Shown here: positions 10,663 through 20,431 of the stretch, in pieces
Position numbering within the stretch: the stretch's first letter is position 1
Layout of the letters: each line of letters starts with the position of its first letter
IMG/VR virus record: IMGVR_UViG_3300016469_000321
Origin: an uncultured virus (IMG/VR IMGVR_UViG_3300016469_000321)
Lineage: Duplodnaviria; Heunggongvirae; Uroviricota; Caudoviricetes
Length of the DNA stretch: 64,000 nt
Reading direction: 5' to 3' (one strand)
Position numbers and translations under genes: made by a program
The notes under the pieces: model-generated
Told to the model about the DNA's origin: nothing
Database searches by the model: none
What the model saw: the letters and a program-made list of their open reading frames with translations, nothing else

Positions 10663-11367
10663 TCAGTTGATCAGGCCGTACTCCCGACGAGCCGCAGCCA
10701 GCTCAGCGACCCGCTGAAGCCGCGCGCGTTGCTGCTTCGCCAGATCTGGAAGATCCTCTCCAGGTCGAGGCTGAAACATGCCGAGCACTTGCGCGCGCTC
10801 AAGTTCGCGGATGCGCGCTTCCTCGTCTGCGTACTCGTCGCGGAGTTTCCGATACTCCTCGTCGATCTCTTTCGCGCGCGTCGCGACACCGACCGGGTAC
10901 TGAAGGCTCTCCGGCATTTCGGGCCGTGTGGCCGATGACACTTCCCAGAACGAAGGCTTCAATTCCGTGCCGCGGCCCTTTGGATCTCGGAATGACTCCT
11001 TCGCTACGGCCTGCACAGACGGATACGCGCTTGCGGGCCAGTTCGACCCATATGCCGCCCTGGGAAGCCCGATCTCTCCCGCCTGCCGAAGTTCGGCGAT
11101 GCGGCCAACGGCCTCAAGGTACGGCTGAAGCGGGTCAGTAACTGGTTCTGCTGAGACGGCCTTCTCCGCGGGAGGGGGCGGCGCCTCTTTCGTGGCGCGG
11201 GTCTTCGGCGTGGTGGGCGGCTTAGACGCTACCAGCTTTGTTGGCGCAGGCAACGTAGCCGTCGCGAGCTTCGGCGCCGGCGCAGGAGCAACAGCCGTCT
11301 GCACGGTGGCGGGTAGCGTCGGAGATACTGCGGCGACGGACGCGCCCTTTCCAACTACTGATGGCAT
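10663..11367 (-). CDS. Hypothetical protein, probable internal virion protein
   Basis: 234-aa ORF tightly coupled to the upstream gene; Pro/Ala-rich N-terminus and helical C-terminus. Confidence 0.65.
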   Translation of the reverse strand: MPSVVGKGASVAAVSPTLPATVQTAVAPAPAPKLATATLPAPTKLVASKPPTTPKTRATKEAPPPPAEKAVSAEPVTDPLQPYLEAVGRIAELRQAGEIGLPRAAYGSNWPASAYPSVQAVAKESFRDPKGRGTELKPSFWEVSSATRPEMPESLQYPVGVATRAKEIDEEYRKLRDEYADEEARIRELERAQVLGMFQPRPGEDLPDLAKQQRARLQRVAELAAARREYGLIN

Positions 11368-11369
11368 GG

Positions 11370-14300
11370 CTACCTCGTGATGGCTTGCTTCTGGAAGCGG
11401 CGGAAGGTGTCGAGGCCACGGGGCGTGGTGGTGCCCTCAAGCGCCACCGGCTCGCCCGTCACGGGATCGAACTGTGCGCTCGCCGACGTGCTCGGCGCCG
11501 GAGGCTTCGCCGGCACGGCCGTCACGGATCCAGCCGGACGCTTCTGACGCTCGCGGAACTCGCGGCCGAGTGCGGCCACCTCTGCCAACGCAGATCCTGG
11601 CTTCTCGGCTTCCTTGGCCTTGATGGCGGCAGCCTTCTCGCGGAGGTCGGCGTCCTGCGCGCCGGTGCTGCGCGATAGAAGGCCCATCGCCTGACGGCCC
11701 TTGCCGATGTCGAGGGCGCGCGTGACCGCCCCGATGGGTCGGATTGCGCCGGTTCCTGCCTCTCCACCCTCGCGCTGGGCCGCCGTGGGCGGCGCCTCTC
11801 CGCTTGGGCTGAACGCCATCGTCTCCGACGTCGGCGGGAGCCCGCGCAACGCGCCGACCGGCGTGGGTGCGGCGATGCGAGCCGCCATGCCTTCTTCCGG
11901 CAGCGTCTCGTCGGTCGCGGGCAGCGCAGCCATCGCGGCCTGCTGCTTCATCTGCTCGCGCCGCTTGAACTCCGGCAGTCGGATGGGCGGCAGCCCCTTC
12001 CGTTCGCGCTCGGCCTTCTCGGCCTCTCCTGCGGTCGGTGCAGCCTCGACCTCCCCCGCCTCGCGCTTCTTGAACAGGCCGCCAACGGCCTGCCCGGCCT
12101 TGGTGAGCGCCTCGCGGATGTCTCCACCGACCGTGCGCCGCGCGCCGGTGTCGATGAAGGTGCTGCCACGACGCTCCGTGACCGATGGCGTCGGAGCGGG
12201 CTCCCGCTTGCCGAGGCCCGCCATGCGCGTCTCGACGGCCTCCGCCTCGGATGGCGGCAGGATGCGGAGATCGGCGCGCTCCGTGATGGCGTCAGCCTCG
12301 TCCGATCCGAAGGGGATCGTCTTGGGCTGCGCCGGCATCACCTCGCCGCGAGGCGGGGCGACCATCGTCACGCCGGCCCGGTCGATGCGGTACTGCGCGC
12401 CGTCCGACGTTTCCGCGTAGTAGCCTCGCGGAGCCGGCTTCGCGGCAGGGGCAGCGGCAGCAGGAGCGGCAGCAGGGGCGGGAGCCGCTGCGGTCGGGGC
12501 CGCCGGAACCGCGGGAGGGGCCGCAGGAGGCGCGGCGACCGGAGTGCCGGCCTCGCCCAACTTCGTCACGACCGTGTCGAACGCACGCTCGCCGCGCTTG
12601 AACTCCGTCTTGCCCGGCATCGGCTTGCCTTCCGGTGCGCCGACCACGCGGACGGTGTCGTTGTCTACGACCTCGAACGTGTAGCCGGCGTCGTCCTTGA
12701 AGAAGCGCGTAGGCTCGGCGGCGGCCGGAGCCGTGGCCGCGGGTGCCTCGGCTGCCGTCATCAACTGCCGCACGGCACCGACCTCGGCGGACGACACTGC
12801 GCCGCCGGCGACGAGCGACTCAAGACGCGCCTGCGCGTTCGCAGGATCGGGATCGGAAGCGGCGTCGAGGACGAGCGCCGACACCGGCGGCAGACCCGCC
12901 TCCGCGGCGGCCCGCTGCATCTGCTGCTCACGGATACGGGCCGTGCGGACCTGCTCCGGCGTGAGCGACGGCTGCACCACGCCAGCGGCGCGGCGCTGGG
13001 CACGACGCTCCAGCGAGTTCGTCAACGGCTCGCCGCGTCCGCGCGTCTCCAGCACTTCGATCTTCGCGCCAGGCGAGAAGACGTACTGGCCGTTGTTGAC
13101 GCTGAACACCCCAGGTCCGCGCTCCGCGATGTCACGCGCGTTGGCCTTGTCGAGGTAGCCGTCGAACGTCATCTCGCCGAGCGACGGCAACTGGTCCGCC
13201 GAGACGAGCTTGATGGGCGAGGCCGCGTCGATGGCCTTCTTCTCGCTGTCGTCCGCGAACCCGACGCCGTTCTCCGCGAGGACGGCGGGCAGGTTCTGGA
13301 AGTCCGCATCGCCCATGTAGCGGAGCGGCTTTCCGTCCGCGCCGAACACGACGGCGGGCTGGAAGGACAACCCTGCCGGCACCGCTCCCTCGATTGCGGC
13401 GGTGCTGTTGTTGGTCGGGTCGTACTTGTAGACGACGCCGGCGTTGCGGAAGTAGATGTCGCCTTCGGGGGTCTGCGCGTAGTCGATGCCCTGCGGGGCG
13501 TAGCCAGACTTTCGGAGCTCGGCGCGGTACGCCTCCGGGCTGAGAACCGTCCCGTCGAGGACAGCATACTGGCCGGTCCCCGTGATGTCGTTCTTCTCGA
13601 GGAGGCGAGCGCGCTCCTCCGGGTCCGTGACGGTCACGCGGACGCGCTTGCCGGTGTTGGACGTTCCGAGGAACCCAACGGGCTTGCCCGTCCTGCGCTG
13701 CTGGTCGAACGCCAAGATGGCGCGCTCGTCATGCCGACCCTGCGAGTAGATGACCTCGCCATTCTCGTCGATGCGGGACTGTCCGATGTCGAAGCCGTTG
13801 TCCTCGGCCCACGCCCGGAACTCAGGGTTGGCGAGGAGCCGCCCCATGCGGGTGCGAAGACCCTCCTGCCCTGGCTGGTAGGCGAGGTCGCGGAACAGCG
13901 CCTCCTTCTCTTGGAGTTCGCGGTAGCGGCTGTCCAAGGACTTGATCCGCTCTTCCTCCCGCTTCATCTCCTCCGGCGTCAGTCCGATGAGGGTGCGGAC
14001 CTGCTGCTTGGCCTTCTCGGCGAGGACGTCAAGACGCGCGATCTGCTCGTCGGTCAGCGGGCCGCCGGCGCCGACGATGCTCCACATCTCCGCTTCGGTA
14101 GCGTCGAGGTCGCGCGTTGCTCCGGTAGCAGCCGCGTTGGCGTCCTTCCCGTAGGTGAAGAACTCGCGGATCTGAAACTGCAACTGCTGGTTGTTGGGCG
14201 AGATCTGCACCGCCGCCTGAGCGGGGTCGATCTCGTCGATGCCCTTGCCGAAAGTCTTGACCGCCATCTGGTCGGCAAGTGCCGCGATGGTCGGATCGTT

Positions 14301-14750
14301 GCGCTTGTAGTTGACGTTCTGCGTCCCAAACGTGTCGAACATCTGAGCATAGGCGCCCGCTTGGTCACCTGTCTGCAAGATACCGAGCGCGGGGTTGAGC
14401 GACGTGCTGGAGTACTGCGCGCGATTGATGGCGATCTTCGTGCGGTTGTCCGACTGATTCATGCGAAGGCGCGTCGCCTGCTCGGCCGTCACTCGACGAT
14501 CCTTGCCGGCCGTCTCCTGCAAGTCGGTGTACGCATCAAGCAGCGACTCCTGCAACTTGGCCTCGGCCTTGAGCTGCTCGGCGAACTGCTTGAGGGCCAA
14601 CTCGTTGATGCCGCCTTCGCGGTACTTCGTCAGCTCTTGGCTCGCCTTCAGGTACAGCGCAGCCATCTTCTCGTCGGACGTCGGCAGGGTATCGTCGTAG
14701 ACGCCGCCGATGGAGTAGAACAGCGGAAGGACAGATTGAATATCAGCCAT
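11370..14750 (-). CDS. Probable internal virion (ejection) protein, 1126 aa
   Basis: Long GC3-biased ORF; helical N-terminus and Ala/Pro linkers; synteny with podovirus ejection genes. Confidence 0.7.
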   Translation of the reverse strand: MADIQSVLPLFYSIGGVYDDTLPTSDEKMAALYLKASQELTKYREGGINELALKQFAEQLKAEAKLQESLLDAYTDLQETAGKDRRVTAEQATRLRMNQSDNRTKIAINRAQYSSTSLNPALGILQTGDQAGAYAQMFDTFGTQNVNYKRNDPTIAALADQMAVKTFGKGIDEIDPAQAAVQISPNNQQLQFQIREFFTYGKDANAAATGATRDLDATEAEMWSIVGAGGPLTDEQIARLDVLAEKAKQQVRTLIGLTPEEMKREEERIKSLDSRYRELQEKEALFRDLAYQPGQEGLRTRMGRLLANPEFRAWAEDNGFDIGQSRIDENGEVIYSQGRHDERAILAFDQQRRTGKPVGFLGTSNTGKRVRVTVTDPEERARLLEKNDITGTGQYAVLDGTVLSPEAYRAELRKSGYAPQGIDYAQTPEGDIYFRNAGVVYKYDPTNNSTAAIEGAVPAGLSFQPAVVFGADGKPLRYMGDADFQNLPAVLAENGVGFADDSEKKAIDAASPIKLVSADQLPSLGEMTFDGYLDKANARDIAERGPGVFSVNNGQYVFSPGAKIEVLETRGRGEPLTNSLERRAQRRAAGVVQPSLTPEQVRTARIREQQMQRAAAEAGLPPVSALVLDAASDPDPANAQARLESLVAGGAVSSAEVGAVRQLMTAAEAPAATAPAAAEPTRFFKDDAGYTFEVVDNDTVRVVGAPEGKPMPGKTEFKRGERAFDTVVTKLGEAGTPVAAPPAAPPAVPAAPTAAAPAPAAAPAAAAPAAKPAPRGYYAETSDGAQYRIDRAGVTMVAPPRGEVMPAQPKTIPFGSDEADAITERADLRILPPSEAEAVETRMAGLGKREPAPTPSVTERRGSTFIDTGARRTVGGDIREALTKAGQAVGGLFKKREAGEVEAAPTAGEAEKAERERKGLPPIRLPEFKRREQMKQQAAMAALPATDETLPEEGMAARIAAPTPVGALRGLPPTSETMAFSPSGEAPPTAAQREGGEAGTGAIRPIGAVTRALDIGKGRQAMGLLSRSTGAQDADLREKAAAIKAKEAEKPGSALAEVAALGREFRERQKRPAGSVTAVPAKPPAPSTSASAQFDPVTGEPVALEGTTTPRGLDTFRRFQKQAITR

Positions 14751-14753
14751 CGT

Positions 14754-15368
14754 CTACTTCCCCTTGTAGTATGGAGCGACACCCGCCTGCTGCCCGCTGA
14801 CCGCCTGCTGCCCGCTCGTAGTCGCCTCACCGAGGCGCAAGTCGCGAATCGTCTTCGCGGCGGCAGCCGTGTCAAGTCCGTACTGCTGCGCTCCTGCGCC
14901 CACCACGGCACCTGTGTCTCGCGCTTCCTTGCGCTTGGCGGCGATGCGATTCATCACGTCAGCGAACCGCTGCTGCGCGACCCGCTGGGACTGCTCGTCG
15001 ACCGTGCCGGCAGCCCGCGCCATCTGCTCCTGCTGCCCTGCCGCGAGCTGACCAAGCGCGGCTATCTGCGCGCCGGAACGACCGAAGCCACCCTGCGCCG
15101 CGGCGGAGCGCCGAAGCCCCGCCTCGATGCCGGCGGTCTGCGCCTGCAACGCGCGCTGAGTGCCCGCGAGCATTGTGCGCTTCTCCGCTTCGGAGAGGCC
15201 CAGCTTGCCCTGCTTCAGCGCGTCGATGTCCTTCTTCAACTGCTTGCGATACGCGATGGCCGCCGGGTCCACCGCAGATGCGATGGCCTCGCCTGCGGTC
15301 CCGATAAGGCTCGCGGCTCCTTGTCCGGCGAGCCCGACTAGCGGCGCAGCAACAGCGATAGGCAACAT
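14754..15368 (-). CDS. Probable small internal virion (ejection) protein
   Basis: Gly/Ala-rich hydrophobic N-terminus, Gln/Ala-rich helices; GAGGTG before ATG 15368; first of the small-medium-giant series. Confidence 0.65.
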   Translation of the reverse strand: MLPIAVAAPLVGLAGQGAASLIGTAGEAIASAVDPAAIAYRKQLKKDIDALKQGKLGLSEAEKRTMLAGTQRALQAQTAGIEAGLRRSAAAQGGFGRSGAQIAALGQLAAGQQEQMARAAGTVDEQSQRVAQQRFADVMNRIAAKRKEARDTGAVVGAGAQQYGLDTAAAAKTIRDLRLGEATTSGQQAVSGQQAGVAPYYKGK

Positions 15369-15416
15369 ATTCACCTCGCGGCGAGCATATCATGTTGCCC
15401 CCGCGCAGGCGACGGG

Positions 15417-16202
15417 TTACTTGAACATCACGCAGCGGACGTTTCTCGTGCCAAACGAGATGCGGGTGTGGACTGTTGACTGAACGGTGTCCGTTACCGT
15501 GCCCGACGGGCTGAACACGGACAACGGCACGGCGATGTCCAACTCGTCCGGGTTCGGATCCAACCCCTGCGGGTTGTAGGTCACGCGCGGCAGATACAGC
15601 TTCACCGCGATGTCGTGGTATCCGGCCGCCGGCGCCTGCTGAAGGTACGTCAGGTCGAACCAGAGCGGGCAGATCTGCTCGTGGTTGGTGAACGTGTTGT
15701 TGAGGACATCGATCTCGGCCGACACCGGAAAGTTCCGCCGCCACACCGGCAACTCGACGCCGTCCACGAACACGCGCACGGCGATGGGAGAGATGTCCGG
15801 CCCGGACTGGTTGTCCATGTTGATCATGAAGGGCCGGAACACGGAGACGTGGAACGACCACTGCCACGAGGCGAAGGTGGCCGCGAAGGGGAAGTAGACC
15901 CGCTGGCACAGGCCGGCGAGCGCGACGTAGGCCGGGTCTTCGTCGTCGCGGATGCCGAACGCGTTGTTGTAGACGTCCATCGGGACGGTCGTCCCGTCCA
16001 TCATCGACATGACCGCTTCTTGCGGCATGACGTGCTCATCGCGGATCGTGAACGCCGCGTCGAGGTTCACGACCTGAAGGCCACCGTTCGGCTCCGACAT
16101 GATGCCGCGACCCGACGTCGTCGAGTAGATGTTGGCGTTGTGGGACGCCGTCGGAAGGGTCGCGCCGTTCGGGTAGGTCGTGTTCGGGGTGATGGTCGCC
16201 AA
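15417..16202 (-). CDS. Virion structural/tail protein
   Basis: Beta-rich composition; likely TTG start at 16202 after GGGAG overlapping the upstream stop. Confidence 0.6.
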   Translation of the reverse strand: MATITPNTTYPNGATLPTASHNANIYSTTSGRGIMSEPNGGLQVVNLDAAFTIRDEHVMPQEAVMSMMDGTTVPMDVYNNAFGIRDDEDPAYVALAGLCQRVYFPFAATFASWQWSFHVSVFRPFMINMDNQSGPDISPIAVRVFVDGVELPVWRRNFPVSAEIDVLNNTFTNHEQICPLWFDLTYLQQAPAAGYHDIAVKLYLPRVTYNPQGLDPNPDELDIAVPLSVFSPSGTVTDTVQSTVHTRISFGTRNVRCVMFK

Positions 16203-16204
16203 GG

Positions 16205-17839
16205 CTACTCCCGGAGCGAGATGAAGGACAGGTTCCCTCGGATCACCTCGCACTCATCGTTCGTGTTCGCCACGCTGCCGAAGATGCCGATGTTGATGGA
16301 GGTCGCGGAAGGCGGCAGGTCGAGCAGCGCCATGAGGTGAACCTCCACGTTCTCGATGCTCCAGGCCGGCAGATAGTTGCCCGGCTGCGAACCGCTGAGC
16401 GGTTCGCGGGTGAACCACACGAAGTTGTTCACCATGCCGAGGCTCTCTTCCATCGACGTCCATGCAGTGGCCGCGTTGGTCGACGGCTGCCACATTAGCT
16501 GAAACAGCGCGAACGAAGCGATGTCAGCGACCACGTAGGGCTCCGTGTTCGTCCCCTCGTCTCCGGGGGCCGTCTCCGAGCCGCTCACGTTCTTGACCTG
16601 AAGGTTGCCGAGCACGAGGATCTTCCTGCCCGTGCTGATCGAGACGTTGTTGACCCGAAGGCCCGCGACGTTGCTCCAGCCCGTGGCTTGCGCTCCGGCG
16701 TAGGCCGTGAGCGTCACCGTGTCTCTCGCCGGCAGCGTCCACCCTGGGTAGAAGCTGTTGAACAGCCACGGCACGCTCGCCACGCCATCGAAGGTGTCCT
16801 GCCCGAACGCCAGCGTGGTCGACGGGAGGTGGTAGTGCATCAGGGCGCCCTTGGCGAGCGATCCCTCCTGCACGTCGTTGTAGGCCGCGACGACGGGCTG
16901 CACACGGTCGGTGTAGAGGCTCGTCTGTGTCAGCGGCTCTTCCGGCTCGAACGCGGGCGCGGTGACTTCCGCCGGCCCGACGCTGTCGATGGGAAACGCC
17001 TTCAGCTCGATGACGTTCACCTGTCGGCAGTACAAGTAGACCTTGTCGTAGGAGCCGTACTGACGCACGCCGGTGTCGGTGACATACGGAACGCGGCGGA
17101 CGACGAGCTCGACGACCTGCGGTCCCGGCACGCACGGCACACATGCCCCGATGCGGATCGGAAGGCAGGGAGGACCGAGCGCGCAGACCTGTTCGCCTCG
17201 GATGTCCTGCGGCCCAGGCAGCACCGTGCCACCAACACCGATCTGCTGGGTCGGCTTGATCGGCACGGACACGCGGTAGGTCAAGTCGTCGATGCCGGTG
17301 ATCGTCTCGCGGATGACGTTGCCGTTGACCCGGAGCGCGAACTGGACGTTGCAGGGCACACTGGTGGCGTTGTTCTCGTGCGAGAACGCCTGACTGCCGG
17401 ATGTCGTGATGCTGCCTGGAGTCGGGTTGAACCCCCACCAGACGTACTGCACGTAGGCGTTGATCCACAACACGGACTGTCCGGTCGTGAGGCTTACCTG
17501 CGTCGCTTCTCCCGTCCCGTCGACGATGGCCTGCCACTCAAAGTTGTTCTGCACCAGCACTTGATCGGGAGCCGAGAGACCATCAGGGAAGCCCCACGGC
17601 GGCGTCGCCGCCGGAACGAACGGTCGCGTCCACAGGAACGGCGAGAACTTCTCGTAGTGGTGGATGGAGTAGAACGCTTCCCCATCGACCGCGACCGTGG
17701 ACGCGATGCCCTGGTCGAAGTTGTGCATGTTCAGCTTGCCGCTGACGCGGTCGGCCGCAGGAGCGATGTCCTCGGTCAACTCGACGTTGTCCATGACATC
17801 GCCGGCACGGAGGATGCGCCGAGGGAAGATGTAGCTCAT
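16205..17839 (-). CDS. Tail structural protein, 544 aa
   Basis: ATGA overlap with upstream gene; beta-rich composition; tail-block context. Confidence 0.65.
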   Translation of the reverse strand: MSYIFPRRILRAGDVMDNVELTEDIAPAADRVSGKLNMHNFDQGIASTVAVDGEAFYSIHHYEKFSPFLWTRPFVPAATPPWGFPDGLSAPDQVLVQNNFEWQAIVDGTGEATQVSLTTGQSVLWINAYVQYVWWGFNPTPGSITTSGSQAFSHENNATSVPCNVQFALRVNGNVIRETITGIDDLTYRVSVPIKPTQQIGVGGTVLPGPQDIRGEQVCALGPPCLPIRIGACVPCVPGPQVVELVVRRVPYVTDTGVRQYGSYDKVYLYCRQVNVIELKAFPIDSVGPAEVTAPAFEPEEPLTQTSLYTDRVQPVVAAYNDVQEGSLAKGALMHYHLPSTTLAFGQDTFDGVASVPWLFNSFYPGWTLPARDTVTLTAYAGAQATGWSNVAGLRVNNVSISTGRKILVLGNLQVKNVSGSETAPGDEGTNTEPYVVADIASFALFQLMWQPSTNAATAWTSMEESLGMVNNFVWFTREPLSGSQPGNYLPAWSIENVEVHLMALLDLPPSATSINIGIFGSVANTNDECEVIRGNLSFISLRE

Positions 17840-19956
17840 CGGTCCTGCCTGAGCGGGATGCGCCCGCGGAGATTGCCGGAGCCCGCCGCGCTCTGGTCGA
17901 ACGCGAACGCCGCCAGTTCCAGCCGGGTCGGGTAGGTGACTTCGATCTCAAAGGCCCAGGAGCCCACGTTCTCAAGACCGGCCGGCACCATGCGCCACAC
18001 GAGGCGCGGCTCGTGCGCCTTCGCCGTGCCGACGATGGCCGCCCCCGCGATGTCGGTCACGATGTCGCTGCCGTCATCGACGCCGATGGCGAGCACGTCG
18101 TTGATCTCGATGAACGGCTTCCACGAGCCGTTGCGGTAGTACCGAACGGTGAACGTGCCGTCGAACCCGTCCATCATGCCGATGTAGATGGAGCGGACAT
18201 GGACCGGCGTCATGCCCGTCTCGTCGGCACGGATCCACGCAGAGCGGTAGATCGCCGTCCGCGACAGCGGCTCGTAGGCCGTCGTCTCGTGGTCCGCGAC
18301 GTAGACGTTGTAGCCAGCCGGCCCACCCTGCGGGTTGACCTTCGTCGGATCGCGGCCCGCCATGAGGATGTACTGGCGGTAGTCGTCGGTGCGGCACATG
18401 TCCGCGATCCACAACGTCCCGTCGATCTCTCCGTTGCCGAGGATCTCACGGCGCCAATTCTCGCCGTCAAAGATGAACAGCACCGTGTTGCGCTGGACAC
18501 CCGCCGGTGCCACGGCGCAACGGTACTCCAACGAACGCGCGTCCATGACCGACACCGCCTTGCGGAAGCGCGCCATGTTCAGACCCACGCGGGTCAGCGC
18601 CTGGATGGGCTGCGACACGCGCGTGATCTGCTGGTTCGTGTCCATCGTGTAGAAGCCGTCGCGCGCCAGCCAGATGAGGCGGCCGTCGGCGAGCGCCTTG
18701 ATGCTGCGCGGTGCGACGCAGCCGACACCCATCGCCAACGTGACCGAACCGGAAAGTTTGCCCGTCTGCCGATCCGGTGTTATGTCGTAGATGGCGTTCT
18801 CCGTGAACGCTAGCAGGAACCCGGCGTGCGATGCGACTGCCGTGACCTCGGCTCCGTTGGAGTCAGGGTAGACGTAGTCGTCTTCGGGCCAAGTGCCTGG
18901 GAAGCCGGGCGACGAGCGCCGGACGATGCCCGGATCGACGAGCATGTTGGCGGCGATCAGGCAGCCCTGGTGCGCGCACATCGTGCGGAACACGGTCACC
19001 GGAGCGATGCGCTCCATCTCCGGGCCGAGGAAACTGTCGGCGACCCGATCCCCGAAGATGAACGTCTCGCGGCCCGCGAAACGCGCGAGCAGACGCGGCC
19101 TCGTGCTGCCGCGCACGGTGTCCGGCGTGCGGTAGAGGTTGCACGCAACGGCGTGGCCCGGCCCCTGCGCCGTCATGCGGACCATGAACTGCCGGGTCAG
19201 GTCGTCGATGGTCGCGCCTGTGGTCTGCGTTCCGCCGGTCGGGTCGTAAGGAGACGCCTGCACCGTGCGGATGAACGCCTGGTTCGATGGCGGAGACGGC
19301 GCCGACAGGTTGCCGTACACGTCTTCGAGCTGGACGTAGTAGTACCACGTCCCGTCGAGAACAGAGCCCTGCGTGCCGCTCAGCACGTCGCCTGGCGTGC
19401 CGATCTCGCCGCGCCACGAGTAACCGCCAGAGTTGGGGTACGTGGTCCCCTTGTTTGGCGTGACCTGTGGCCCGTACACGGACGGCGGGGAGGGGATCTC
19501 TTGGAAGCCGACGGGGACCGTGCGCCCCTGTGCGTCGATCACAAGCGGGTAGTCGACGCCGTTCGTCCAGATGATCTTGTCGTTCAGGACGAGGAACTGG
19601 TCGGGGTAGCCGGGGCGGGTGTCGGAAGTGAGGCCCGTGTAGATGACCTCCCATCCGCGCTGCCATCCAGCATGCCGGTACAGGTTCGTGCCGGAACGCA
19701 CGAGCAGCGTGTCCGCCACACCTCCAACGAGGGAGGCGTGGAAGACACCGTGCATCTCCCCGAACGGGGCCGAGGGATCGACCAGGCCGCGCACGGGTTC
19801 GTAGGTGGTGGGACCACGGACAGTCGCCAACGTAGAGCGGATCGTCGTCTCGAAGTTGATGATCTGCTGCGCTACGGTGGCGGGAGCGTAGACAGACGGC
19901 GCTTCACCGACAGGGATGAAGAACTGCTTGGTCGTCTGATTGTCCGGTCCCGCCAT
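17836..19956 (-). CDS. Tail nozzle/head-closure protein (P22 gp10 / T7 gp12-like)
   Basis: 706 aa with beta-propeller-like segments (GVGCVAPRSI..GRLIWLARDGFY); position after the adaptor. Confidence 0.65.
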   Translation of the reverse strand: MAGPDNQTTKQFFIPVGEAPSVYAPATVAQQIINFETTIRSTLATVRGPTTYEPVRGLVDPSAPFGEMHGVFHASLVGGVADTLLVRSGTNLYRHAGWQRGWEVIYTGLTSDTRPGYPDQFLVLNDKIIWTNGVDYPLVIDAQGRTVPVGFQEIPSPPSVYGPQVTPNKGTTYPNSGGYSWRGEIGTPGDVLSGTQGSVLDGTWYYYVQLEDVYGNLSAPSPPSNQAFIRTVQASPYDPTGGTQTTGATIDDLTRQFMVRMTAQGPGHAVACNLYRTPDTVRGSTRPRLLARFAGRETFIFGDRVADSFLGPEMERIAPVTVFRTMCAHQGCLIAANMLVDPGIVRRSSPGFPGTWPEDDYVYPDSNGAEVTAVASHAGFLLAFTENAIYDITPDRQTGKLSGSVTLAMGVGCVAPRSIKALADGRLIWLARDGFYTMDTNQQITRVSQPIQALTRVGLNMARFRKAVSVMDARSLEYRCAVAPAGVQRNTVLFIFDGENWRREILGNGEIDGTLWIADMCRTDDYRQYILMAGRDPTKVNPQGGPAGYNVYVADHETTAYEPLSRTAIYRSAWIRADETGMTPVHVRSIYIGMMDGFDGTFTVRYYRNGSWKPFIEINDVLAIGVDDGSDIVTDIAGAAIVGTAKAHEPRLVWRMVPAGLENVGSWAFEIEVTYPTRLELAAFAFDQSAAGSGNLRGRIPLRQDR

Positions 19957-19959
19957 CGG

Positions 19960-20412
19960 CTACACCTGGGGAAGCTGCGGCGGCGAGAGCTTCGGCAGCA
20001 GGCCGCGCTTCTTCGTCATCGCGTTGGTGATCTCTGCGGCGTCGGCGATGAGGAACTCGTCCTTCGTCTCCGGCTCAGGCTTCGCGGCCTCGAGCGCGGC
20101 GCGCTCGGTGTCAATCTTCGCCTTCTGCTCCGGCGAGTACCAGTTGCCGTTCACGTCGTCGAAGACCCAGCCCTTCGGACGCCAGTCGTAGACGTTGCGG
20201 TGCTCGGCGTCGCCAGTCACGAACTCGATGCCGTTCTTGGTGTTCATCGTCGCCTGCCAGAGCGAGCCCGCCTTCGTGCTGTACTGCACGGACAGGATCA
20301 TCGCCTCCTCCTCGTTGCCGTTGAGGTTCTTGCGGACGAAGATGTCGCCGAGGGCAGGGCGCGGGAAGAAGTTGGTCAGGGCCACGGGGTTCTCCTTGGT
20401 CGGGGTTGCCAC
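19960..20412 (-). CDS. Hypothetical protein
   Basis: 150-aa GC3-rich ORF filling the gap between tail genes. Confidence 0.65.
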   Translation of the reverse strand: MATPTKENPVALTNFFPRPALGDIFVRKNLNGNEEEAMILSVQYSTKAGSLWQATMNTKNGIEFVTGDAEHRNVYDWRPKGWVFDDVNGNWYSPEQKAKIDTERAALEAAKPEPETKDEFLIADAAEITNAMTKKRGLLPKLSPPQLPQV

Positions 20413-20431
20413 TAAGGTATAACACGAAGGA